Source: Piromyces finnis finn
Taxonomy: Eukaryota; Fungi; Neocallimastigomycota
Length of the DNA: 27,966 nt
NCBI GenBank assembly: GCA_002104945.1
Contig: MCFH01000139.1
Location: 1 to 27,966, forward strand
Reading direction: 5' to 3'
Shown: piece by piece, positions 13,001-23,017 of the stretch
Position numbering within the stretch: the first letter of the stretch is position 1
Layout: each line of letters begins with the position of its first letter
Notes under the pieces: model-generated
What the model saw: only the letters and a program-made list of their open reading frames with translations
What the model was told of the DNA's origin: nothing
Database searches by the model: none
Program-made: the position numbers and the translations under genes

Positions 13001-14087
13001 TGATGGAAGGAATTATCGAAAACTGATCACGGAAACCAATGAAAAGCTGAAATTGATTTTGGAAGCTCATAACATTGGACATGAAGGATATTATAAAACT
13101 TATCAACGTCTGAGAAAAAGCTATTATTGGAACGACATGGTTAATGATATTCGAAGAGTTGTAGCCAAATGTGAAAAATGCCAACTTAATCGCCCTCAAC
13201 CATATCCAGAACCTACGGAAAATCTTCCAACTGAGGTTGAAGCTCCTTTCACTCATCTGGGTTTAGATATCATTGGTCCATTGGTAAAAACTCGTAACAA
13301 TAACCAATATATTATAGTTGCAGTGGATCATTTCACAAAATGGGTCGAAGCAGAACCCACCGAAAATATCACTTCAAAGGATGTCATAAAATTTTTAATC
13401 AATGTTTTCTCTCGGCATGGAGTACCACAAGTCATTACAACCGATAACGGTGTCCAATTTACCTCAGATATGACCAAAGTTTTCCTGGACTTATATGATG
13501 TCTATGTCAAGTTTGTCTCAACTTATCATCCTGAAAGTAATGGTTTGACTGAAAATAGAAACAGAGAAATTGGAAAGCTTCTAAGACTGCTTGGAAAAGA
13601 AAACAAGGATTGGGATGAAATTTTGCCTTCTGCTCTTTGGGCGCTCAGAACTACTAAAAATACTGTCACAAACCATTCTAGTTTTGAATTGGTTTATGGA
13701 AGAGAAGATCAGCAACCCTTTGATATTGCCGCCAGACCTACTAAGGGTATTAATCAGTCTTCGGATGAAATCTTACTTGAGAAGTTTATTAATCATTACA
13801 GGTGGACGTTGGAAGCTTGTGAAAATATTAAAAATGCGAATAAATACTGGGCTACTAGAAGGGAAGAAAAACAAAGTATGACTAAGGGCAAAAATATCCA
13901 TATCGGTGATCTAGTATTAGTTAGAAATTTTAATCGAACGAAGTTAGAGCCTTATTTCGTTGGACCACTCAAAGTTGTCAAGAAACAATTCAATACTGTT
14001 ACTTTAGCTGATATATCCACTGGAATTCAGATGAACCGAAATGTTCATCTTAAGAATATTGTAAAGTTTAACTCTGCTTTTGCGTAA
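10035..14087 (+). CDS. pol: Ty3/gypsy Pol polyprotein: charged linker, aspartic protease, RT, RNase H, integrase (three 1-nt frameshifts at about 10282, 10549, 11404)
   Basis: Protease LLVDSCS. RT: WSSPVVLV, WRMCVDYR, MPFGL, FIDD. RNase H: TDAS, YTDHKPL. Integrase: H-X4-H...C-X2-C, DIIGP, TDNG, SNGLTE, GPY/F-like KLEPYFVGPL. Domain order PR-RT-RH-IN is diagnostic of Ty3/gypsy. No chromodomain. Confidence 0.96.
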
Positions 14088-14090
14088 GCA

Positions 14091-14110
14091 AGAGTCTTCG
14101 TGGGGGCACT
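14091..14110 (+). other. Weak polypurine-tract candidate (AGAGTCTTCGTGGGGGCACT)
   Basis: G5 run between the pol stop and the TG that starts the LTR; only partly purine. Confidence 0.4.
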
Positions 14111-14820
14111 TGTTAAGGAACCAACAAATAATGTTATTCTTGTCATAATTAATGATTATGACCTAATCCATTCATTATTGTTCCTAAATGTATGAAAACT
14201 TTACAATATTCTTATTTGTAAATTAATGTATACACTTAAATTATATTTAAAATTATTAATAATTATTTTTTATTGAACTTAAATTTTATTTTATTAAACT
14301 TAAAAATTAATTTAGTAATAATAATATATTGAAAATTATAGTTTATTGAACTTTTAGTTTAATTTATCAAGTTAATGAATTTTTATTAATTAAAATTATG
14401 AATAATATTTCTGTAAAATAGTAAAATTTTTTAGTTAAATATATTTAAAGTAAACTTTTAATGTATGTTAATCAATTTAATAATATGTATAAATATTTAT
14501 TATAATAGTAATGTAATTTTATTATTCATTTAAAAGTAATTTAAATACTAAAATTATGTAAATAATTAAAGACTAATTCTTTTAATTAACACTACTTAAT
14601 TTTTTACAAAAAGTATAAAAAGGTGTATATTATAAGAATTAGAGAATATACAGATATTTTTATTTTTATTTTTATTTTATTTTATAATTTTATATTAATA
14701 TCTTAATAAAACAATTTTATTAATAAAACAATTTTTCTTATTTCATTTTAATATTATTTTTGAGTATTAATAAATTTATTAATATTTTATAAATAAAAGT
14801 AAATTCCTCGAACCGTAACA
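14111..14820 (+). mobile_element. 3' LTR (L0), 710 bp
   Basis: Starts TGTTAAGG 24 nt after the pol stop; ends CCGTAACA (7/8 terminal inverted repeat). Confidence 0.75.
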
Positions 14821-14823
14821 TTT

Positions 14824-15624
14824 TGATAAATAATGAAATTAATAAATATAAAATTATTATTATACCTGATTTTTAAGTTAACCCTAAAAGTAACTTAAAA
14901 CAAGTTATAGTTTAATTAAGTACTTTACCAAAATTCTTAAATAAAATTAATCCTAAACACTGCATATATTTTGATTATTGAAAGAAAATAATAAACTTTA
15001 ATTAATCGAGATCAAAATATATAACTCTTGTTAAATTAATTGTTAAATTAAATATTTAATAACTTCGTTAGTAAATTACACTTTAAAAGTAAACAAATAT
15101 AATAATTCATGTTATAAAATAATATAATTAAACACCTTTATTAAAACATTAAAAATGATTATTACTTTAATTAATTGTAAAATAAACAACTTTTTATATT
15201 CTTTAACTTTTAATTATTTCTTTTATTGTTATTTCTAATTACTTTTATTGTAAATAGTTATTAATTTTATTGTTTTAATGTAAATAGTTTAAATCTAAAA
15301 GAAAATATAAATACATGTAAATATTCTTATTTTAATCATTATTATTATTATTAATAAAGAAATATTATATAGTTAGATTAATATTTTATAATTTTAATAA
15401 TCACTTTTATACTTAAATAAATAAAATTTTAAATATTTAAATATTAGAAAAACAAGTGTTTCTAATAAAACAATTTAGTGTTTTAACAAAACAATTTTAT
15501 TAATTTTATAAAAACGATTTTAAATCTTAATCAATATAACTTATATAGTTATAACAAAAGATATAATATAATAATCACTTTTTGAAGTAAAATTCAAAAT
15601 TAAGATTATTATCAAATTATATCA
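14824..15624 (+). mobile_element. V-family solo LTR V1 (801 bp, TGATA...TATCA), target site unoccupied
   Basis: TG...CA ends with a 5-bp inverted repeat; nearly identical to V3, which is followed by a PBS. Confidence 0.75.
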
Positions 15625-15627
15625 TTT

Positions 15628-15758
15628 TGATAAATAATTAAATTTATAAATTATGAATTTATAATAATAATAATAATAATAATATTAAAACACAGATAGT
15701 TAAAAATTAAAATAATTAACTTGTATAAAATTATTAAATTAAAAATTATAAATGTAAA

Positions 15759-15789
<31 letters not shown>

Positions 15790-16203
15790 TAAATTAAATA
15801 GTTTATATTTGTTTATAATTATACTTTAAAATAATAATTTTGTATAAATAGTGATAGGATTATTTTATTTTAAAAAGATGTTCCTAATAATCCAGTAAAA
15901 TTAGATAATAATATTAAATTTTATTAAAATAATAATTGTGATTATATTTACATACATTCAAGATGTATTAAACCATAACATATATATATTTAATAATACA
16001 AGAGTTATTAAATATTAAAACTTTATAATTAAATAAAATAATTTTATATTTTAAACTAACAAAGACTTGCAAATGAACAAGTATAAAAATCATTTATTCT
16101 ATTTTTATTTTCTTATTTATTTTTATTTATTAAATTTTAGATACAAATATTATCACTTTCTATATTCCTTTATAGAATTAAGATAATATTTTTCTTCGTA
16201 TCA
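15628..16203 (+). mobile_element. V-like solo LTR V2 (576 bp, TGATA...TATCA)
   Basis: Start TGATAAATAAT resembles V1; ends CGTATCA; lies between two T-run spacers; body diverged. Confidence 0.5.
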
Positions 16204-16207
16204 TTTT

Positions 16208-17657
16208 TTATAAATAATGAAATTAATAAATATAAAATTATTATTAAACCTGATTTTTATGTCAAAATCACAATTCATGAAATTTGACATTTCATGAAAT
16301 TTCATAATTTTGAATTATTAGTTAAATTAATTAAAATATTAATTTAATAATATTTTACTAATAATAGTTTATTTAATATAAATATTAATTGGAAAGCTAT
16401 TTATTATCCGGAGATAAATAGTGTAACAATTAATTAATATTAAACAAACCAATTAGTAAAATAAGATTCATTTAAATAATTATTAATATTATTTTTAACA
16501 ACTTTTTAATATCGATATTTAAAGAAAATTATATTATTATTATTATATTTTATTAATATTTATATTTATATTATTATACATGTATAACTTAAATTATATT
16601 ATTATTATTATACTTTATTAATATCAACATTATATTAAAAATGAAAGTATAAATAAGTTGAACAAAGAACAACTTTAAGAAGTTCTTTGTGAGATTATTA
16701 ATACTCATTTTTATATAGTAAATTCAATATTTAAAATTAATAATTATCATTTACTTATATTATAAAAATTAAATAAAATATTTCTTAAAAAACTATATTT
16801 ATTACTCTTTTATTTATAAAAATTTATTATTTACTATATAATTAAGCCTATCCTAACCTAGTAGACTTAATTATAGTTCTAAATCCACTCTAACTCTTGA
16901 CATTTTAAGTTAACCCTAAAAGTAACTTAAAACAAGTTATAGTTTAATTAAGTACTTTACCAAAATTCTTAAATAAAATTAATCCTAAACACTGCATATA
17001 TTTTGATTATTGAAAGAAAATAATAAACTTTAATTAATCGAGATCAAAATATATAACTTTTGTTAAATTAATTGTTAAATTAAATATTTAATAACTTCGT
17101 TAGTAAATTACACTTTAAAAGTAAACAAATATAATAATTCATGTTATAAAATAATATAATTAAACACCTTTATTAAAACATTAAAAATGATTATTACTTT
17201 AATTAATTGTAAAATAAACAACTTTTTATATTCTTTAACTTTTAATTATTTCTTTTATTGTTATTTCTAATTACTTTTATTGTAAATAGTTATTAATTTT
17301 ATTGTTTTAATGTAAATAGTTTAAATCTAAAAGAAAATATAAATACATGTAAATATTCTTATTTTAATCATTATTATTATTATTAATAAAGAAATATTAT
17401 ATAGTTAGATTAATATTTTATAATTTTAATAATCACTTTTATACTTAAATAAATAAAATTTTAAATATTTAAATATTAGAAAAACAAGTGTTTCTAATAA
17501 AACAATTTAGTGTTTTAACAAAACAATTTTATTAATTTTTATAAAAACAATTTTAAATTTTAATTCATATAACTTATATAGTTATAACAAAAGATATAAT
17601 ATAATAATCACTTTTTGAAGTAAAATTCAAAATTAAGATTATTATCAAATTATATCA
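16208..17657 (+). mobile_element. V-family 5' LTR V3, interrupted by LTR W
   Basis: 16208-16259 plus 16908-17657 reconstitutes V1 (about 802 bp); ends TATATCA and is followed by a PBS. Confidence 0.8.
16260..16902 (+). mobile_element. T-family solo LTR W (643 bp) with 5-bp TSD TTTTA
   Basis: TGTCAA...TTGACA inverted termini. TTTTA at 16255-59 and 16903-07; the empty site is visible in V1. Carries TCTTTGTGAGATTATT (16684-99), the T-family motif. Confidence 0.85.
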
Positions 17658-17658
17658 A

Positions 17659-17675
17659 TGGTCCTTCGAACCGGA
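17659..17675 (+). other. Primer-binding site, tRNA-Tyr type (TGGTCCTTCGAACCGGA)
   Basis: Begins 1 nt after the LTR CA. Complementary to the ...TCCGG(C/T)TCGAAGGA-CCA 3' end recalled for vertebrate-type tRNA-Tyr; the host tRNA is not in this window. Confidence 0.7.
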
Positions 17676-18194
17676 GAATCAAAATAAGGTAAATATATAA
17701 ATTTTCTTTATATAAAAATTTCATATAGAATAGTAAAATATTCTATGAAATTAATTAAATAATCAAGTTATAATAGTATAGAATAGATATTTAATAGAAT
17801 AGTTAGCTAGATATTCTCAATATTTTATCTATTTAGAAATTATAACTTATTAAATAATAAAATAATATTAAAATAAAATAAATAAATTATAATACTTAAT
17901 AGTATAGTATTAATATAGTAAATTGATATATAAACATTATATATTATATAAAATATATAGATATTTTAAATAAGAAAAGAATTTAAAAAAAAATAGTATA
18001 GAAGAATTATTAGATAACTAGATTGATAATATTATAAATAAGATAGTTGAAAGAATTAATTATAATAATAAAATAGGTATATATATATTAGGTATATATA
18101 CATAAAGATAAATATATAATAAAAATAAATCAAAATAATAATAAATAAAGATTTAAGTATATATATATAAAAAATATATATACACCAAACAAAC

Positions 18195-18237
<43 letters not shown>

Positions 18238-19050
18238 ATAAAACTTTATAAATAAAAATACTTGTAAAAATATACTAGGAGCGTATAGAGCTCATATACA
18301 GAGTTTCAGTGTATAATTAACTAGTTTCAGTTGGTTAGAAACTATAGCTGTTAATCACTGAAGTATTTGTAAAAGTAGGACGAGTGTGAATAGCACGCTT
18401 ACTTGGGGGAAGGGATTGTTAGTGTGATAAAGAGCACGCAATACAGGACTCTCAAGTTGAATACTTTTGTGAACTCTGGCGAATAAGGAACTTTAGTCAC
18501 CGAAGGCTAAAGGTTTGTCGTGAAGGTAAAGCGACATAAAAATATATAGTTTAAATTTATTTTGAGATCTAGTATATCACCTCTAGTTAGTAGCTTTTGC
18601 CAGTTAATTAAATTGTTGTAAGGCACTAAAAAGCGAAAAATAAATCCTGTAAATAAAGTTTTATATTTAATTATTTTTTTTAAAAAAAGAAAAAGAAATA
18701 CATAAATTATAATTATAAATTAATAATTATAATTTATAAATTAAAGATAAAAATTATTTAATTATAAAATATAATCATCGGTCAAGTAAAATTAAAAGTA
18801 TTGTTATAAATTTTAAATAATAAAAGCAATAATATTGAGTTGTCTTTTTAGTTAATTTTCAGCGAAAAATAACTTTTGTTTATCTTTTCGGTTAATTAAT
18901 TACTAAGATAATTAAAGTGTTTTATAGTAAGTTAGTAAGAGTGCAGTTTTATCACATATCGTGGGGGAATAGAGTGCTAACTAATAAGTAAATATTACAT
19001 CACTTAATATTTATGATGGTTAGTTAGTGGAGGTCGAAAGACACGGTGAC
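17676..19050 (+). mobile_element. Non-coding internal region of a V-family element (non-autonomous or deleted)
   Basis: Follows the PBS; no ORF in the track; poly-A tract near 18200-18230; GC-richer structured islands; ends at the V4 LTR head. Confidence 0.5.
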
Positions 19051-19110
19051 TGATAAAGAATGAAATTTATAAATAATGAATTAATAGAATAGCTGATTCT
19101 AAAATTATAT
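19051..19110 (+). mobile_element. Head of V-family LTR V4 (second subfamily; target site unoccupied; 3' end unresolved)
   Basis: TGATAAAGAATGAAATTTATAAATAATGAATTAATAGAATAGCTGATTCTAA aligns without gaps to the V1 head and is nearly identical to V5. Confidence 0.6.
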
Positions 19111-19472
19111 AAACTTAATATAAATTAAAATAATAGTAAATAATCAAATTAATATAAAATATAAATATTTAATTAAACTTTAAAAATGTAAAATATAAAC
19201 AACTTTTGTTTATAAACAAACTTAAATGTAATTTTTTATTATAAATAGAAATAGAAAATATTATTTTTAAGATTGTTACTAATTAGCCAGGAAAATTAGA
19301 ATATTTTAATAATAAAATAATAAATTTATATATTTTTTTATAATATATAGCTGATATAAATTAAGTAATAAATATAATACACTTTCTCATTGAAAGTTTA
19401 AAAACAATATTATTTATATAAAGAAAATTAATATTCTTAATTTTAGAAACGCTTTATTAATTAGGTTTTTAG

Positions 19473-19487
19473 AAAAAAAAATTAAAA
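19473..19487 (-). terminator. Pol III oligo-T terminator downstream of tRNA-Thr
   Basis: On the minus strand, T4 then T9 within 20 nt of the tRNA-Thr 3' end. Confidence 0.6.
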
Positions 19488-19491
19488 TTAA

Positions 19492-19563
19492 TGCCTATTG
19501 ACGGAATCGAACCACCGACCTTCGCTTTACAAGAGCGACGCTCTACCACTAAGCCAAACAGGC
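19492..19563 (-). tRNA. tRNA-Thr (TGT)
   Basis: GCCTGTT/AATAGGC acceptor stem, A box TGGCTTAGTGG, anticodon arm TCGCT-CTTGTAA-AGCGA, GGTTCGATTCC B box; 72 nt, no intron. Confidence 0.93.
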
Positions 19564-19570
19564 ATTAAAT

Positions 19571-19641
19571 TGCGTTAACCGGGAATCGAACCCGGGCCAT
19601 TTGCTTGGAAGGCAAATATTCTACCTCTATACTATTAACGC
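19571..19641 (-). tRNA. tRNA-Gly (TCC)
   Basis: GCGTTAA/TTAACGC acceptor stem, anticodon arm TTTGC-CTTCCAA-GCAAA, T arm CCGGG-TTCGATT-CCCGG; 71 nt. Confidence 0.95.
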
Positions 19642-20737
19642 CTTACTTTCATTTATTTGATACGCTACTCACATAAAAACGTAATAAAAACTAGCCGAAT
19701 AAACACGACTTAACCCATAACGACTTATAATAAAAATAAAAGATAATAACCCTTAAAAATGAATAAATAATAATTTTATGGAAATATAACCCTTTCTTTT
19801 AAATAAATAATATTCTCTTTATTAAATAATAAATTATGAATAAAAACGACCTAATAGTGATAATAATAAAATAAATTATTAAATAAAATAAAACGACTCA
19901 ATCCAAAAATGTATTAAAATAATAAAATAATAATAAGTAAATAAAAATGAATAAATAAACTAAAAAATAAAATGATATACATTAAATTATTAATTCTAGT
20001 GTTTTATCCAAGTGTTCTTTAGAAATTCTTTCAAACTTATATATATAAATTAACAAATAAATAACTGAGTAATTATTACTAAAAGTGATTAATTTAAAGC
20101 CTGGAAATAGAACAATAATAACAATTCCAAAGATAAAATACAGAACTCTTTTATGTTTCTGTATAAAATGAGTGTTTATAATAATTGATACTTTTAATAT
20201 TTTAATTTCATTTTAATTTTATTTTAATATTATTTTAATTTTAAATTTTAATTATTTTATTCAAGGTATTATACATTTAATGATAGTCAATGATAATTTA
20301 TAATAATTTTTCTAAATTTAAACATTTTGAAGTAATAAGAAAATCAAATAAGTAATATTCTATAATATTTTATAATACTAAGACATAATTTTAATTTATT
20401 CTTTTAATTTTAATAAATAATAACAATAGTAATAATAACATTTAATAGTTAAAAATAATAATACATGTAATAAATGAAAATGTATAAAAGGAAGATAAAA
20501 TTCTTCTTTATAAAGGGCGGACAATAAATAGACAATAAATAAAATTATAAATATAATAAAGAGATAATTTAAACATAATAAAAAGAGTTTATTTTCGAGT
20601 TTTTGAGTGATTTATTTGTTAATTATAAAACATATTTTATTTTATTTTAAATTTATTGTTTCATCATTATAATATAGAATTTATTATTTATTAAAAACAT
20701 TATATTATTCACAAATATATCGGTCAACGCATCATAT

Positions 20738-20789
20738 TTATAAAGAATGAAAATTATAAATAATGAATTAATAGAATAGCTGATTTTAA
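20738..20789 (+). mobile_element. Head of V-family LTR V5, truncated at the T-family insertion site
   Basis: Nearly identical to 19051-19102; ends CTGAT-TTTAA and is followed by the TG of LTR1. Confidence 0.65.
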
Positions 20790-21787
20790 TGTGAAGATAT
20801 TAACTGGATTTAAAACAAATTCAGATAATATCTATAATTAATTAAACATAATAATTAGAATTAAATAATCCCAATAATAATTTTAAAATACCTTTAAAAG
20901 TCACCTTTTAAATTTTGGTTCAGTGAAAGGGTTATGATTTCAAAAAATTTAATATCAATACACTATAACCCTTAGCCAAAAATAAACAAATACGAAACTA
21001 CGCATAACTCGTCAAAAACGAGCGTTACGGCTGTAAGTGCTACGGCTGTGAAACCAGGTTTATTAGAAAGCTTAAGGGAAAAGCTATATTTTGGTACAAT
21101 CGCGGTCCTTCTAACTGGTCATTAAGGAAGATATGGTCATTTAAAGATTTTAATAAGTAAATTAAAATTAATATGATATCAAGTATGGATCATAGACATT
21201 TCTTATGACTTGACGAAAAATTAAAAAGATATCAATACAGAAATTTTAATTATATTAATTTAATTAATGATAGTGACTGTTACTAAAAATAGAACTAAAC
21301 CATTTAGGTGTAACAGTTAACATTTATAAATTAAATAATTTTAATTATTATAAATAGGTTAATGGATCAAGTGTTTAAATGATTAATCATATGTTTATTT
21401 TATTTTATGTCATGACAAAACAAACAAACAAACAAACAAACAATCTTATTATATTATTAACATATTACATGTAATACTTTATTTTTATCAATTTAATAAT
21501 CTGAACAAAGAATATAAAATAGAATGAATTGAATTCGATTTTAATTCTTTGTAAAGATTATAGTTATAATCTTAATTATATAGTTATTAAATATATTATC
21601 ATTTATATTATTATTAATAAATAAATAAAATTTTATAAAAAAAATTATTCTAAAGAATAAATATTAATTTTTCATTTGGAAGTTTAAAGGGTTATTTTAT
21701 ATTTAAATTTAATTTCTTAAAAACATATTTACTATATAATTGATAACATTCTGACCTGGCCGCATAACCAAATCCAAAAACTTAACA
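20790..21787 (+). mobile_element. T-family solo LTR1 (998 bp), flanked by TTTAA/TTTAA
   Basis: TGTGAAG...CTTAACA; identical 5-bp flanks at 20785-89 and 21788-92; independent inverted homolog at 25339-26467 with the same termini; motif GTAAAGATTAT at 21551. Confidence 0.85.
21417..21442 (+). repeat. (AAAC)n microsatellite inside LTR1; inverted counterpart at about 25702-25723
   Basis: Read directly. Confidence 0.85.
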
Positions 21788-21792
21788 TTTAA

Positions 21793-23012
21793 TGTCAAGA
21801 ATAGAAGACGATTAAAAAATAAACTAAATGTTCAAATAAACAACTTAAAAATCAAATTTATATTTCAAAAAGTATAAAACACTTTTAAAAATAATTAAAA
21901 AGATCACTTGGAAAAATTTAATATTGAAAAGGGTTAAGGATCACAAAAATTTAATTTTCAATAAATTAACCCTTGAGAAGAAAATGCACTATACGAAACT
22001 AGTGATAACTTCCGAATCTCGTGTCCTATTTTCCTTTTCTAGAGACTTCAAATTAATTTTATTAGGAAGTACTAGTCGAGATCTATATTCTCACAAATTT
22101 TCAGCTAATTTAGACCACTAGTTCTTGAGATATAGCTATTTAAAGAATTAATTAGTTCCAATAAATATATAATATATATTAAAATGATTAATATTAATTT
22201 ATATAATTAAAGTCATTATTCAAGTCATCCAACTTTCTATAAATAATTCAATTTAAAAATTCTCCATTATTATTAAATAAGGTTAGATAATAAATATTCT
22301 TGATTATAAACCTAATCAATTATAAAAATTAATTAATAATTTTTCAAATAATTTTGATTAATAACCTCAATCATAATCAAACCAAAAAAGCCTTTGGATC
22401 AAAAATCATTAGTTATAATTATTAATTAATTAATCATGAGAATATATAATTAGTATCAGTAATTGTTATTCTCAATTTATAATATTAAATATTTACAATT
22501 TAAAATGGTTAAAACAATACTTTTATTTTAAAAGTAATTTAAAAGATTAATCTTAAGATCTATCATATGAATTCATATTATTAATATCAATATCAATTAT
22601 TAATATTTTAATTTAAAATTATTTTATTTTTATCTTTATTATTAATATCAATATTAATATCAATGTAATTTTATTATATGTAAGAAAAAAAATATTTAAA
22701 CAAAGAATTGAAATCAATCTTGAAATTCTTTGTAAGATTATTAATTATTAATTATTAACTATAATATAACTTAATAAATATTATCTTAATAAATAAATAA
22801 TTAATAAACAAATTTCATAATTAAATTATATTAAAATTTTTTATTTTAAATATAAAAACCTATTTAATTTTAAATTAGTATTAATTAAATTCTTTAATAA
22901 GTTTTGAAGAAAAGATTTAATAATAAATAAGTTTAATATTTTATTAGTAAATTAAGTTATATTATATAAAATATTCTGACCAAGTTACATATCAATCCTA
23001 GCTCACTCAACA
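21793..23012 (+). mobile_element. T-family solo LTR2 (1220 bp), flanked by TTTAA/TTTAA
   Basis: TGTCAAG...CTCAACA; shares GATCACTTG, the AAGGGTTAA dyad, TCTTTGTAAGATTATT (22727-42) and ATTCTGACC with LTR1/LTR3. Confidence 0.75.
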
Positions 23013-23017
23013 TTTAA

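Larger units (their letters stand above)
1..15403. repeat. Giant inverted repeat (fold-back palindrome): arms about 1-7590 and 7824-15403, poly-T/poly-A centre
   Basis: Position 1 (tgattattaaaattataaaatattaatc) is the reverse complement of the sequence ending at 15403. All ORFs are mirrored (e.g. 7032..7244+ equals 8140..8352-; 10104..10289+ equals 5096..5281-). In the stretches compared by eye the arms differ mostly by 1-nt indels. Confidence 0.97.

Noticed and set aside
1508-13881. Short overlapping or antisense ORFs within gag-pol (64-107 aa)
   Set aside because: Shadows of the pol reading frame; no motifs.
14878-14887. Telomeric repeat (CCCTAA)
   Set aside because: Single copies only; no tandem array.
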